Shown piece by piece: positions 18,337 to 29,598 of a stretch of DNA of 64,000 nt. Source of the DNA: an uncultured Clostridia bacterium. GTDB lineage: Bacteria; Bacillota; Clostridia; Christensenellales; UBA3700. The stretch spans positions 254,560-318,559 of the forward strand of contig CALGRX010000017.1 in the NCBI GenBank assembly GCA_937880755.1, given 5' to 3'. The notes below the pieces were generated by a model. The model was not told the origin of the DNA. It was given only the letters and a program-made list of their open reading frames with translations, and searched no databases. Numbering within the stretch: the first letter of the stretch is position 1; the number at the start of each line of letters is the position of its first letter. A program made the translations under genes and the position numbers.

Positions 18337-20757
18337 ATGCAAAATTTTAGCAGTGAATGTGCAAAAGTAATGAACAAAGCGACGGAATACGCGTCAATGA
18401 GCGGTGGTCTTTTGGGTACCGAGCATCTTATATGCGGTATGATTGACGTGGAAGATAGTTATGCCGGAAAGCTACTCAAAGAGAGCGGACTAGTCAAGGA
18501 ACATATCGGTATGTTGATACAGACCGACGGATACACCCAATCGGTAAGTTTGAGTAACCGTACTAGAAACGTCATTGCCAACGCGCAAATTCTTGCCGAG
18601 AGAGTGGGAGAGCAGACGATATCTTCGGACAAACTTCTCTTTGCGATTTTGTGCGAAAAGTCCTCGTACGCCTACAAGGGCTTGGAGAGTTTTGGCGTTA
18701 ATATCGAATCTTTGAAGAGCAAAATTATACAAAATATTGAAAAACAAAAGTCCGGAGGCGGTGGATTTTTTTACAACGCCTACGACGAAAATTCTACCTC
18801 GCAAGAGGGAGAAAAGAGCGAACTCGACAACTTTGGCGTAGACCTCACCCAAAAGGCAAGACAAGGCAAGCTCGATCCTGTCATTGGTAGAAGCAAAGAG
18901 ATTGAGAGAATTATCCAAATACTCAGCAGGAGAACTAAAAACAACCCTGTGTTGATTGGTGAGCCCGGCGTAGGTAAGAGTGCCGTGGTCGAAGGTTTGG
19001 CGCAAGCAATAGTCAACGGCGACGTCCCCGAGATGCTAAAAAACAAAAAGGTATTTAGCCTCGATATGGCAAGCTTGCTGGCGGGCACTAAGTATAGAGG
19101 CGACTTCGAGGAAAGACTCAAAAACGCTATCGACGCACTCAAAAAAGACGGCAATACTATCTTGTTTATCGACGAAATCCATACCATAGTGGGCGCGGGC
19201 TCGACGGGCGAAAACGGAATGGACGCCGCTAATATCCTCAAGCCTCAACTGGCTAGAGGAGAACTGCAAACAATAGGCGCGACTACCTTGGACGAGTATA
19301 GAAAATATATCGAAAAGGATAGCGCGTTGGAGAGAAGATTTCAACCGATAACAGTCGACCCTCCGACCGTAGAAGATACCATACTCATACTCAAAGGCTT
19401 GAGAGAGAAGTACGAACAACACCACAAGGTTACAATTACCGACGAGGCTATCAAGGCGGCTGCGGAACTGAGCGATAGATATATCAGCGATAGATTTTTG
19501 CCCGATAAAGCCATAGACCTCATTGACGAGGCGGCAAGCCGTAAAAAGATAGGCGCCAACGTTGCTCCAAAAGAGATTAAGGAAACCGAGGATAAGTTGA
19601 CAAGACTGAGAGTGGAGCTCGAGGACGCGAAAAATCATAGCGAGTACCTCAAGTGCCACGATATTCAACAACAAATCAACTCTTTGGAAGAAAAACTTGC
19701 AGGGGAAAAGGAAAAATGGAAAGATAGTCAAGTCGAGCAAGAACTGTCTATCGGCGAGTCCGATATCGCCCAAATCGTGTCTTCGTGGACGGGCGTGCCC
19801 GTGGTAAAAATCACCCAAAGCGAGAGCGAAAAACTCCTTGACCTCGAAAATATCTTGCGTAAGAGAGTAATAGGTCAAGACGAGGCGGTGGAAGCCGTTG
19901 CCAAAGCGGTAAGAAGAGCGAGAGTGGGTATCAAAGACCCTAACAGACCTATCGGCTCCTTTATCTTCTTGGGACCTACGGGCGTGGGCAAAACCGAATT
20001 GTCCAAGGCTTTGGCTGAGGCAATGTTCGGCGACGAAAACTTGATGATAAGAGTGGATATGAGCGAGTATATGGAAAAGTTTAACGTGTCCAAGCTTATC
20101 GGCTCGGCACCGGGTTACGTGGGCTTCGACGAGGGCGGACAACTGACCGAAAAGGTGAGAAGAAAACCTTATTCCGTAATACTATTCGACGAGATAGAAA
20201 AGGCTCACCCAGACGTATTCAACATTATGTTGCAGATACTCGAGGACGGTAGATTGACCGACTCGCACGGCAGGGTGGTTAGCTTCAAAAACACCATAAT
20301 CATTATGACTTCTAACATAGGCGCACAAGAAATCAAATCTACCAAGAGCCTCGGCTTTGGCGAAAACAGCAACTCTTACGAGAATATGAGAGAAAAACAA
20401 ATGGACGCCCTCAAAAAGGCGATGAGACCTGAGTTTATCAATCGTATAGACGACATAGTGATTTTCCGCGCACTCGAAAAGGATGATATGAAGAAGATTG
20501 CAGGGCTTATCGTAGACAACCTTATAGGTAGACTTGCCAAGAACGGCTACAAGCTCTCGGTATCCGATGCGGCTAAGGATATGGTCATCGAAAAAGGCTC
20601 CGACGCTCAGTACGGCGCAAGACCGTTGAGGAGAGCCGTGCAAAGAATGATTGAGGACGAACTCTCCGAACGTATCCTCAAAGGCGAATTTGCGATAGGC
20701 GACGAGATTGACGTCGATAGAGACGGCGATACTCTTACCTTTGCAAAAAAAGTGTAA
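18337..20757 (+). CDS. clpC: ATP-dependent Clp protease ATP-binding subunit ClpC
   Basis: Clp N-domain repeats and two AAA+ modules ([16 protein letters not shown]); 806 aa. Confidence 0.95.
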   Translation: MQNFSSECAKVMNKATEYASMSGGLLGTEHLICGMIDVEDSYAGKLLKESGLVKEHIGMLIQTDGYTQSVSLSNRTRNVIANAQILAERVGEQTISSDKLLFAILCEKSSYAYKGLESFGVNIESLKSKIIQNIEKQKSGGGGFFYNAYDENSTSQEGEKSELDNFGVDLTQKARQGKLDPVIGRSKEIERIIQILSRRTKNNPVLIGEPGVGKSAVVEGLAQAIVNGDVPEMLKNKKVFSLDMASLLAGTKYRGDFEERLKNAIDALKKDGNTILFIDEIHTIVGAGSTGENGMDAANILKPQLARGELQTIGATTLDEYRKYIEKDSALERRFQPITVDPPTVEDTILILKGLREKYEQHHKVTITDEAIKAAAELSDRYISDRFLPDKAIDLIDEAASRKKIGANVAPKEIKETEDKLTRLRVELEDAKNHSEYLKCHDIQQQINSLEEKLAGEKEKWKDSQVEQELSIGESDIAQIVSSWTGVPVVKITQSESEKLLDLENILRKRVIGQDEAVEAVAKAVRRARVGIKDPNRPIGSFIFLGPTGVGKTELSKALAEAMFGDENLMIRVDMSEYMEKFNVSKLIGSAPGYVGFDEGGQLTEKVRRKPYSVILFDEIEKAHPDVFNIMLQILEDGRLTDSHGRVVSFKNTIIIMTSNIGAQEIKSTKSLGFGENSNSYENMREKQMDALKKAMRPEFINRIDDIVIFRALEKDDMKKIAGLIVDNLIGRLAKNGYKLSVSDAAKDMVIEKGSDAQYGARPLRRAVQRMIEDELSERILKGEFAIGDEIDVDRDGDTLTFAKKV

Positions 20758-20765
20758 ATTATTTT

Positions 20766-20794
20766 AAAAGCCCCCTTGAAGAGAGGGCTTTTGT
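20766..20794 (+). terminator. weak terminator after clpC
   Basis: Stem aaagccc / gggcttt followed by a short T run. Confidence 0.5.
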
Positions 20795-20859
20795 ATGTTA
20801 TAATCAAAGTACGAAATAGGTGTGACGCTTTTGCGTATCGACACCGCAAGGAGGACAAC

Positions 20860-21381
20860 ATGAGAGTAGAAATCGTATCCAAAAACTACAAGGTATCCGA
20901 CCACATCAAAGACATCATCGAGATGAAACTCGAGAAGTTCGGCAGATACTTCGAGGACGACGCCGTAGCAAAAATTATGCTGAAAGAGATAGGCAAAGAA
21001 AAGTACGTAATGGAAATTACCATCTTCTTCGGCGGCAATATGGTAAGAAGCGAAGTAACGTCGGACAATATGTACAACAATATCGACATTGCATTGCCTA
21101 AGATAGAAGGTCAAATAAGAAAACACCGTACCAAACTCGGCAAGATGAGAAAGAGCGCTTTGGATGCGGATAGTTTGTACGAAATTCCTCAAGCCAAGGA
21201 AAAGGAGTTGGTTAAGACCAAATCCTTCCAACTCAAAAAAATCAGCGTGGCGGAAGCTATCGCGGAGATGGAACTCGTCGACCACGACTTCTTTGCTTTC
21301 GTCAACGACGCCAACGGTATGGTCAATATCGTGTATAGAAGAACTGACGGCAACGTTGGTTTGATTGACCTAGTATACTAA
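20860..21381 (+). CDS. hpf: ribosome hibernation promoting factor (long HPF)
   Basis: Track ORF trimmed to ATG 20860, which has AGGAGG about 5 nt upstream (MRVEIVSKNYKVSD). The C-terminal dimerisation domain typical of long HPF is present. Confidence 0.88.
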   Translation: MRVEIVSKNYKVSDHIKDIIEMKLEKFGRYFEDDAVAKIMLKEIGKEKYVMEITIFFGGNMVRSEVTSDNMYNNIDIALPKIEGQIRKHRTKLGKMRKSALDADSLYEIPQAKEKELVKTKSFQLKKISVAEAIAEMELVDHDFFAFVNDANGMVNIVYRRTDGNVGLIDLVY

Positions 21382-21428
21382 ATCGTCGGCAATCAAATAA
21401 CAAGATAATCGACAATGATACCTAAAAT

Positions 21429-21458
21429 TAATATCGGCTGAAACACGCCGATATTTTT
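21429..21458 (+). terminator. terminator after hpf
   Basis: Stem aatatcggc / gccgatatt followed by T5. Confidence 0.75.
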
Positions 21459-21644
21459 GTGTTATCGCTTACTTTTTGACGGGCGTAGGTATTAAAATCG
21501 TTGTGTAAGAGAGTCGTATCGACGGATAAAGCGCAAAAAGTCAATACGTGTTGCAAAAAGGAGAAAAAGTATAAACGAACAATGGCGAATCGTGCAAGTG
21601 CAAAAACAAGAAATCGAAGAATTTAGCAAGTTTGCAAAAGGTAT

Positions 21645-22076
21645 ATGGGGCGAGTATTTACCGCACTTCTTTCCGACGAGCAAATAGCGTATATGCTCGA
21701 TATGTTTTTGTCGATAGAGGTGCTAGAAAAGCAATTTGACGGCGAGTACGAATACTGTTATTGTTTGGTGGACGGCAAAAAAGCGGGATTTATCGGTCTG
21801 GAATATGAAAAAGACGCGCTCTTTTTGTCCAAACTCTATCTAGCAAAAGAGTATAGGGGCAGAGGCTTGGCAAGCAAAATGTTCGCCTCTATCGACAAGC
21901 AAGCGATAGACAACGGCTACAGCAAGATTTACCTCACCTGCAACAAGTATAACCGTCATTCTATGGACGTGTATGCTAAGAAGGGCTTTGAAATAGTCGA
22001 AAGCGTGGTGACGGATAATGGTAGCGGGTTCGTAATGGACGACTACGTATTAGAAAAGAAAATAAGATTTGTGTAG
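21645..22076 (+). CDS. GNAT-family N-acetyltransferase; its N-terminal ~25 residues are encoded in another frame
   Basis: Acetyl-CoA motif KEYRGRGLASKMF. Upstream, frame +1 reads ..IVQVQKQEIEEFSKFAKGIWGEYLPHF, which joins naturally to LSDEQIAYMLDMF. See finding. Confidence 0.7.
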   Translation: MGRVFTALLSDEQIAYMLDMFLSIEVLEKQFDGEYEYCYCLVDGKKAGFIGLEYEKDALFLSKLYLAKEYRGRGLASKMFASIDKQAIDNGYSKIYLTCNKYNRHSMDVYAKKGFEIVESVVTDNGSGFVMDDYVLEKKIRFV

Positions 22077-22109
22077 ACACGGCGCGCGGGTTGTGTTAGA
22101 ATTGAGTAT

Positions 22110-25100
22110 ATGAGAAGTAAGATTTTGACTATTTTGGCGATTGTCGCCACGTTATGTTTGACTACGTTGGGACTTGGCGCTTGCAAGAGCGCAGAACATA
22201 CTCTAGCGTATGACGACGACGTGGAGGCTAGATATGCCGACGGAATTAGCATAGTAGGTACTGCCGACGCTCCGACTTACGCCGTGGAATATCAAAACAA
22301 AGCCAGAGTAGAACAACAAATGTACGTGGATAATACCGTCAAAGGCTTGCATTTGACGGGGCTTTATTTGCCAAAGGGCGAGACGATGAGCGTTACCGTC
22401 TCTGCCGAAACGGCACAAAAGAGCCACAAAATCGTCGTCAACAGTTGCACGAACGATAAAGAAACTGTAGAACTCAATTCCGTAAGAACGCAATATACCT
22501 CTAGTCTAGGCGGTAGAGTCGATATTTTGGTGGACGGCGCCGTAGAAGAAAAGAACGTATTCGAAATCAAAATCGACGGCTGTGTGAGAATGCCTTTTTA
22601 TCGTCTTGGTGTGGAGAGAGAAAAACCGCAAGCCGAGCAAAACGGTTGGGCAACGCTAGATTGTGGCAATATTAGGTTTGTCTTTCCGTCGGATATTTTG
22701 GGTGACGTAAACGGACTTGATAACAGTCTTAAGTGGTGGCGTTCCGCCGTAGAGGCTATGTGCCGTATGACCGACGTCAAGTTTATCGACGGGGATTTGT
22801 CTCCAATCATCGTCTTGGTTGACCCGAGCATTGACGGTGTGGGCGGTGAGTGGAACAAAAACGAAAAGTACGTCAGAATCGGCAAAAGCGGATTTGAGAA
22901 CGTGACAGACTACGAAAGCCTCAAGACGGGTGGCGGAAAGCCCCTGTTATATATTATCGGCGATATGCTGGCAGACGGAGCAGACGGCTACGACGAAGGT
23001 CCTTTGCAAAATAAGTTAGGCAAGGTAATATCCAATCTCACCTATATAATTATGACCGACAATATCAAAGACGGTGAGGGCAACGGTATTGCCAACGCTT
23101 ACTTGCAATTAGAAAAGGCGGTGTCGGGTGAGACTTTAGAGGACAGCAATATCGAGGTCTTTTTTGACGGATTGTTGCATAGCGTGGGTATGGAAAGGAC
23201 CATCAACGCCTTGCAACAATACAAGTATACGATAAAACAAAGCTCTGCCGTAGACAAGTGGAGCGAATATATCCGAGACATTAGCCAAGAGAGTATCGAA
23301 ATCGGCAACGAAAAGGTGGAGTTGATTGGAACCGACCTATCGTACTATTGCGAATGGCTGAATATGGAAGTGTCGCAAGAGTGCAAGGACGCAATGAGGG
23401 GCAAAAAACTATTCGTGCCGGTGCAATCGCAATACGCAACGGGCGTGAGCAAAGAAAATTGCCAGACGGGTATCAGTCTTGCATTGGGACAAAAGACGGT
23501 GATAGACTTTGCTTCTTCGATAATATCGCCAATCTCGGGTTGGAAGGTCGAGAGCGTGGAAGGCAAGGGTTGGGTCGCTACCGAAAGCGGTAGATACGAG
23601 TATAATCCGTCTGCAGATAGGCTTTTCGACGAATTTCAACTAAACCTTGTCAACGGCGAATTGAAAACTTCGCTGTACGGCAGAGTTGCGGTGGATATAA
23701 GGGTAGCTTCGTATCAATTGTATAGAGATATACCGTTCAGAGACGTGGATAAGGCGATAAAGGGTGTGGCAAACATGACGCCAAGCGATAAGGCAAGCTT
23801 GCCAAAAGCCCAAGTGCCGGAAGAGAGCGAGGTGGACGATAGCAAGTATTCGTTTGGGGTGACTAAGGGCAGTCTACAAGTGGAAGAGGATGGCAATTAT
23901 ACCTTTTTCCTAAAGAGTAAAGGCTTGGTCAAGGTCAACTTCGGCGTGAACGAATTTATGTTTGAAATGTTCAACAACTATCTCACCGTCAGCGATTACA
24001 CTCATGAGCTGCAATACCAACTTAGCTTGGAAAAAGACAAGGTGTACAACTTTGAAATTTTCGTTTTGTCGACGCAAGGCGGCGGTTGGGCGACTTTGGG
24101 TATCGAAACGCCTTACGGTATACAGGATTTGGGACAAGATAACGTCGTCTTTTGGAATATGAAAAGAAGCGATGAAATGCGTTACGAAAGTCCAATTTTG
24201 CCGATAGAAGATATTGATTTGCATAGCCAAGTTTACGACGACTTTTTGTCCTCGAGATGGGCGCTTACCGGCTCTATCGAGCTCAAGGAAAACAGCAATA
24301 ATATATACTTGTTTGACGACAACAACGCCACTTACTTCGAGCCTATTGACGTTGTCAATAGTTACGTCGTCGAGTGGGATATGCAGTCGGAAAGAGGGGC
24401 AGAATATTTGGCGTTGGACGTCAAAACCGATATGCTGGGTGCCAATATCAAAGTGCAAACGGCAAGCGTAGCCAATCAATGGCAAGACGTATTGGTAACA
24501 ACTATTGACGCCACCCAAAACGCCTTTGACTTTGGGAGGAGCGTGTCTTGCAGATACGTAAAGTTGACGATAGACAAGCCTACCGACTTTGCTTGCTCGA
24601 TTGGTGGCGTTGCATTAGGAAAAATCGTTGACCAAAGCCGTATAGTGCCTAATACAAGTAGGGCGATATCCTATCAAGGAGAGTGGAAGAGTATAGAACA
24701 ATATGCGAGCGTCAACGGCTCGCTAGCTAGCAACGTGGACAGAAACTGCGCTATGGAATACGAGTTTTACGGCTCGATGATTGCAGTTTACGCAACCAAG
24801 GACACCTCATTCGGACACGCCAAAGTTTATATAGACGGCAAGGAACATTCGATAGTCGATTTGTCTAGCGACGTGGCAAGATGTGGCGAAAGAGTCTTTG
24901 CCCAAGAGTTTGAAACGATGGGACTGCACACCATCAAAATCGTACCCGTTGACGACGACCAAATCAATATCGACTATTTGACGGTAATAGAGGGCGTAAG
25001 ACCGGAGCAAGAGCCTGCGACGTTCAATTATTGGCTCATTGCCATAATTCCCGCCGTGGCTTTGGTGGGTTTCGTCGTGGCTTTGATTGCTGACAAGATA

Positions 25101-25127
25101 TCCAAAAATCGCAAGAAGGCTCGCTAG
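22110..25127 (+). CDS. large cell-surface protein (lipobox N-terminus, C-terminal TM anchor, beta-sandwich carbohydrate-binding-like modules)
   Basis: Signal and lipobox LGLGAC. C-terminal hydrophobic helix followed by KISKNRKKAR. A PA14-like stretch (GNYTFFLKSKGLVKVNFG..) and a discoidin/CBM-like stretch. No HEXXH motif seen. Confidence 0.55.
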   Translation: MRSKILTILAIVATLCLTTLGLGACKSAEHTLAYDDDVEARYADGISIVGTADAPTYAVEYQNKARVEQQMYVDNTVKGLHLTGLYLPKGETMSVTVSAETAQKSHKIVVNSCTNDKETVELNSVRTQYTSSLGGRVDILVDGAVEEKNVFEIKIDGCVRMPFYRLGVEREKPQAEQNGWATLDCGNIRFVFPSDILGDVNGLDNSLKWWRSAVEAMCRMTDVKFIDGDLSPIIVLVDPSIDGVGGEWNKNEKYVRIGKSGFENVTDYESLKTGGGKPLLYIIGDMLADGADGYDEGPLQNKLGKVISNLTYIIMTDNIKDGEGNGIANAYLQLEKAVSGETLEDSNIEVFFDGLLHSVGMERTINALQQYKYTIKQSSAVDKWSEYIRDISQESIEIGNEKVELIGTDLSYYCEWLNMEVSQECKDAMRGKKLFVPVQSQYATGVSKENCQTGISLALGQKTVIDFASSIISPISGWKVESVEGKGWVATESGRYEYNPSADRLFDEFQLNLVNGELKTSLYGRVAVDIRVASYQLYRDIPFRDVDKAIKGVANMTPSDKASLPKAQVPEESEVDDSKYSFGVTKGSLQVEEDGNYTFFLKSKGLVKVNFGVNEFMFEMFNNYLTVSDYTHELQYQLSLEKDKVYNFEIFVLSTQGGGWATLGIETPYGIQDLGQDNVVFWNMKRSDEMRYESPILPIEDIDLHSQVYDDFLSSRWALTGSIELKENSNNIYLFDDNNATYFEPIDVVNSYVVEWDMQSERGAEYLALDVKTDMLGANIKVQTASVANQWQDVLVTTIDATQNAFDFGRSVSCRYVKLTIDKPTDFACSIGGVALGKIVDQSRIVPNTSRAISYQGEWKSIEQYASVNGSLASNVDRNCAMEYEFYGSMIAVYATKDTSFGHAKVYIDGKEHSIVDLSSDVARCGERVFAQEFETMGLHTIKIVPVDDDQINIDYLTVIEGVRPEQEPATFNYWLIAIIPAVALVGFVVALIADKISKNRKKAR

Positions 25128-25318
25128 GTAATAATTGCAAATAAGTCAATACGTATCGACAGTTTCGACGCATCGCTATACGAAAGCGGTGCGCGATTTT
25201 TTGCTAAGTGAGCAAGCAAAATTTTTGCGCATACTATGTATCGTACGACGTGGTAAGCAAAAAAAAGACGAATGCCGAATTTATAATAAAAATACATCGA
25301 TAGTTGGGCTCAATTCGT

Positions 25319-25347
25319 TTGACACTTGCTATGCCAAAGGCTATAAT
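25319..25347 (+). promoter_or_regulatory. consensus sigma-A promoter (TTGACA-17-TATAAT) for the antiporter gene
   Basis: Exact hexamers with a 17-nt spacer, 33 nt before ATG 25380. Confidence 0.7.
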
Positions 25348-25379
25348 TATGTCGATTGAAAAGGAGTTACTAAAGAGGT

Positions 25380-26792
25380 ATGGACTACACGTTTTTATTG
25401 GTTTTGGCAGTAATATTGTTCTCAACCAAACTGCTCGGCATCGTTATGAAAAAACTCGGCTTGCCACAGGTGTTAGGCTTTTTGCTGGCGGGCATTATTC
25501 TCGGTGCGACGGGATTGGTGAAAAAATCGACCGAATTGACGGTATTTGCAACTATTGGCGTCAACCTCATTATGTTCTCGGCGGGACTAGAAACCAATAT
25601 CAAGGAGATTAAGCGCAACGGCGCGGCGTCGGTGCTGATTACTTCGCTAGGCGTTATCGTGCCTATATTGTTGGGCTTTGGTGTCTCGTGGATTTTGCCT
25701 GACCTATCTATGAAAGAAAGATGGTTCTTCGGCGTTATCCTTACGGCGACTTCCGTCGGCATAACCGTGGCGTGTCTAAAAGAGTTGGGCGTGCTCCACG
25801 GCAAAGTTGGTGCTTCTATCATCACTGCGGCGGTGCTTGACGATATCATCGGTATAGTTGTTTTGGCGTTTTTTACCGCAGAAGCCAAAGACGAACATAT
25901 CGGAGTAAAGCTTATCAAGGCATTCGGCGGAGATTTGAGCAAGCTTGCGGGCTTTGCCGTATTGCTCAACGTGGTGCTCTTCTTCGCAATGGGTATAGGT
26001 CTTGGTTTGTTGGTGCATTACGCATTCAAATTGCTCAGCAAAAGATTCCCTCATACCAGAAGACTGTCGGCTTTTGGATTGATACTATGCTTTTTGTACG
26101 CGGGCGTGGCAGAGAAGTTCTTTGGTGTGGCGGCAATTACGGGCTCGTTCCTTGCCGGAATGATGCTGTCTAATATGCAAGAGACGGGATACGTCGAGAG
26201 AAGAATAGACATCAGCGCATATATGCTTTTTTCGCCAATTTTCTTTGCCAACATAGGTATATCTTTGGATTACGCTTCTTTGCTAGACAACATTAGCGGT
26301 AGACTAGTGCTTTTTTCGCTTGCATTCGTAGTATGCGGAATGCTTGCCAAGGTCATCGGTTGCGGCTTGGGGGCGGCAATGTTTAAGTACAAACCTAACC
26401 AATGCCTCAAGGTCGGCGTGGGAATGATGGTGAGAGGCGAGGTATGCCTCATCGTAGCGCAGACGGGACAAAGAGCGGGTATAATAGACTCACAATATTT
26501 CCCTGCAATCATCTTGTTGATAGTCGCTTCTTCGATAGCAACGCCGTTGATACTCAAAGTCTTGTTTAAGAAGTATCCTAACGAGCCGTTGGACGAAGAT
26601 AAGATAGGCGCAATAGATACCGTAGTCAAAGCCAATGCGGCAATGAGCGAGGTGAGAGAATTTTTGGGTGGCGTTGACGTTCAAAACATCGAGGTCAAGG
26701 CTCGTAGCCAAAGAGAGGCTATGCAAAAAAGTCAACAAATAGTAGACGACCAAGGCTCTGCTTCGAGCGACAAGCCTACGGAAAATAAATAA
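25380..26792 (+). CDS. cation:proton antiporter (CPA2 / Na_H_Exchanger family)
   Basis: About 12 TM segments with a Kef/NapA-like N-terminal pattern (LLGIVMKKLGLPQVLGFLLAGIILG) and a hydrophilic C-terminal tail. Confidence 0.82.
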   Translation: MDYTFLLVLAVILFSTKLLGIVMKKLGLPQVLGFLLAGIILGATGLVKKSTELTVFATIGVNLIMFSAGLETNIKEIKRNGAASVLITSLGVIVPILLGFGVSWILPDLSMKERWFFGVILTATSVGITVACLKELGVLHGKVGASIITAAVLDDIIGIVVLAFFTAEAKDEHIGVKLIKAFGGDLSKLAGFAVLLNVVLFFAMGIGLGLLVHYAFKLLSKRFPHTRRLSAFGLILCFLYAGVAEKFFGVAAITGSFLAGMMLSNMQETGYVERRIDISAYMLFSPIFFANIGISLDYASLLDNISGRLVLFSLAFVVCGMLAKVIGCGLGAAMFKYKPNQCLKVGVGMMVRGEVCLIVAQTGQRAGIIDSQYFPAIILLIVASSIATPLILKVLFKKYPNEPLDEDKIGAIDTVVKANAAMSEVREFLGGVDVQNIEVKARSQREAMQKSQQIVDDQGSASSDKPTENK

Positions 26793-26812
26793 TTGAATAA
26801 AGTATTGCGAAC

Positions 26813-26846
26813 AAAACGCCTAGACGCGATAAGTCTAGGCGTTTTG
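26813..26846 (+). terminator. terminator after the antiporter gene
   Basis: Stem aaaacgcctagac / gtctaggcgtttt followed by a T-rich tail. Confidence 0.8.
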
Positions 26847-26907
26847 CTTTTGGACAATTTTTGGTGGGGTTGTTGAAAAATAAAATAAAGCGTGTTATTA
26901 TATAAAT

Positions 26908-29583
26908 ATGAACAAAAAGATTGCGACTTGTATAATATTACTATTGATAGTAGCGACTTGTCTATTGAGCGCGTGCGACGATACGACGGAAAAGACGTCG
27001 GAGCTTGACACGCCGATATTAGACTACGACGGCGTTAGCCAAGTCGTATCTTGGAACGAAGTAGACAACGCAACCATGTACGTGGCAATTGTATGGAATA
27101 AGTCGCATGATTTGGTACTGACCGCTACGCTCTATCCCGAAAACGCCCAAAACGGCAAACTATATCTCGAAGTTAAACTTGAAGTCGGACGGTATGAGGT
27201 GGAGGTATTGGTTTCTGCAGAGGGCTACAAGAGCGCGAGAGGCGTCTTGATACTAAATATTGACGGCGCAGACGACCATTTTCCACAAGAACCTGAAGAT
27301 GAGAAGGGCGAAAACGTTACAGAGGATATCCTAGTCGATGAGGGCGGAGATTTGTTTTTGCCACAAGAGCTGTATTGCAAGAGTGGCGATAACAGCGATT
27401 TTGTGATAGACTTTGCTCAAGGCGTGACGATAAACGCTATTTCCGCTACGGCGTTGGACGACAAATATACCGTGGACAACGAAGTCCACACGATAAGCAT
27501 CTCTTCCGAGTGGACGAAAAACTTTTCTGTCGGCGCAAAGATTGCTTTGACGATAGAGTACGGCGTGGACAAAAGCATCAAGACCTATATCAACTTCGTC
27601 CAAGAATTGCCGTACACACTTTCTAACAACGTTATAACATATACCAAACTCAGCGGAACGGGATTTAAGGTAAAACTAGTCGAGGCGGAAAATAGCCTAG
27701 GCGTCGTAAAAAAAGTGGCTATTGACGACGTGATTTTGAGCAACAATTATATCAATTATTCTTCTACGAGCAACGCGTTGATTATACAAGAAAATCCCGT
27801 CCTCAAAGCCTTGAGCGTGGAAGAGCATACGTTGCAGGTTTATACCGATCGCGGGATGTCGACCGCCATACTCAAAGTGAGAGTGGGGTTGAAGTACGAG
27901 CCTTACGACGTAGTGATTGACTGCGACGAGAGCTATCCAAACGCCAAGATTAAGTGGAAGGACGACGCCGACGAGGAACAAAAGTATATAGTCGTGATAG
28001 ACGACAAGTCGTATGATTCGGAAGAGTACGTCAGTCTATTCGACGGCAGAAGCTTTGACGCGACGGGGCTGATTGAGGTTGGAAGTCAGGTGCTAGTCAA
28101 AGCGGTAGTCGATAGATTTACTTATACTTCGCAGCCGGTGTATTGTTACGTTGACGTCAACGACGCCGTGCAACAAAAATATTTGAGCAAGACGTACGAG
28201 TTTTTGGGACAAACGCACAACTATTATATCACAAACGAAGCCGAGATGAAGGACTTTTTGTACTTCTATCTATTGCATTACGATGAGTTTGACGATGCAA
28301 GCGTCGAGGCGGAGGGGTTAGATTATAGCGGTTATAAACAAGCCGACGTGTATTGGTCAATAGACGGAAGATTGCCACAGTCCAATCTATACGATACGGT
28401 GAGAGCTTACTTCAATACCTTCCCCGAAGCTATGAGCATCAACCACAGTGTAATCAAAATAGGAGAGCAAGATAGTAACGAGGTAAGTATAATATTGTTG
28501 CTGAGAACCGACATGGTACCAACGAGCGCCAACAGCAAGAGCGACCAGCTTTATTACGAATACACCGGCAAACAGGGACGATTTAGTAAGGTTGGACGCG
28601 ATATCGACTACGACGATTGGGCAATTAACAAGATAGAAAAAACCGCGTCGGTGTCTACCACTTACGAGCTATATATGGCCATGGAGAGAGGCTATAGACC
28701 GGTTCAAAAGACGGGAAGCGACGCCGAGCGTATTTATAACAAAGCAAAATCCGTGCTGAGAGAAATAATAGACGACTCTATGGACGACTTCGATAAAGTG
28801 AGGGCTATATACGATTGGCTCTCTATCAACGTCATATACGACCATAAGTTGGCTAGTGATAGCTCAACCGTAACTCCCGGGTCAAAAAAATACTACGCCT
28901 TGTATGGCAATGCGGCGTTTTATGCAGAGGGAGTCTTTGATAACGGGCTTGCCGTGTGCAACGGTATAGCAATAGCGTTTGATATATTGTGTAGGATAGA
29001 GGGTATCGAGTGTTACAAGGTTTTGGGCTGGGCAGGCGACGTATCGCACGCGTGGAATAAAGTCAAGCTAGGCGGATATTGGTATATATGCGATCCGACT
29101 TGGGCGAGCAAAGCCGTCGACTACGGCGATTATTACGTGGAATATCTGGTTGAGGACTATCTGCTGATGGACTGCGAAGAGTCCAAGCCGTACAAAGGCG
29201 GAAATCACTACGAAAATACCTTTAGAAGCGGAGGTAGCGAACATTATGCGGGTGATACCAACTACGACGTGTACGCCAATACCTTGTTCGTGGATCACGT
29301 GGACGGTAGAGTTTACGACACCGTATTGACAGCACGGGACAAAACTTATATAGATAGGTTGTTGGAACTAATCGTAGACGATATAGACGGCGGTATGGAT
29401 ATAGGTGAGTATAGAATAGGCGTAAAATGCTCGCAAACTAAATGGAATAATCTCTACGGCGTAAATGCCGTTAGCATTGACGGTGACGGATACAAGGTTA
29501 GTTTTGTCAAACACCCTAGCGACAACTCTAAGGGGTTCTTGATTTTTGAAAAACAAATCGAGCCGTCGAAAGTAGTGGCGTAG
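26908..29583 (+). CDS. lipoprotein with a C-terminal transglutaminase-like cysteine protease core
   Basis: Lipobox LLSAC. Cys-His-Asp core pattern CNGIAIAF .. SHAWNKV .. CDPTW. Confidence 0.72.
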   Translation: MNKKIATCIILLLIVATCLLSACDDTTEKTSELDTPILDYDGVSQVVSWNEVDNATMYVAIVWNKSHDLVLTATLYPENAQNGKLYLEVKLEVGRYEVEVLVSAEGYKSARGVLILNIDGADDHFPQEPEDEKGENVTEDILVDEGGDLFLPQELYCKSGDNSDFVIDFAQGVTINAISATALDDKYTVDNEVHTISISSEWTKNFSVGAKIALTIEYGVDKSIKTYINFVQELPYTLSNNVITYTKLSGTGFKVKLVEAENSLGVVKKVAIDDVILSNNYINYSSTSNALIIQENPVLKALSVEEHTLQVYTDRGMSTAILKVRVGLKYEPYDVVIDCDESYPNAKIKWKDDADEEQKYIVVIDDKSYDSEEYVSLFDGRSFDATGLIEVGSQVLVKAVVDRFTYTSQPVYCYVDVNDAVQQKYLSKTYEFLGQTHNYYITNEAEMKDFLYFYLLHYDEFDDASVEAEGLDYSGYKQADVYWSIDGRLPQSNLYDTVRAYFNTFPEAMSINHSVIKIGEQDSNEVSIILLLRTDMVPTSANSKSDQLYYEYTGKQGRFSKVGRDIDYDDWAINKIEKTASVSTTYELYMAMERGYRPVQKTGSDAERIYNKAKSVLREIIDDSMDDFDKVRAIYDWLSINVIYDHKLASDSSTVTPGSKKYYALYGNAAFYAEGVFDNGLAVCNGIAIAFDILCRIEGIECYKVLGWAGDVSHAWNKVKLGGYWYICDPTWASKAVDYGDYYVEYLVEDYLLMDCEESKPYKGGNHYENTFRSGGSEHYAGDTNYDVYANTLFVDHVDGRVYDTVLTARDKTYIDRLLELIVDDIDGGMDIGEYRIGVKCSQTKWNNLYGVNAVSIDGDGYKVSFVKHPSDNSKGFLIFEKQIEPSKVVA

Positions 29584-29598
29584 ATTATGAGGTGAGAG

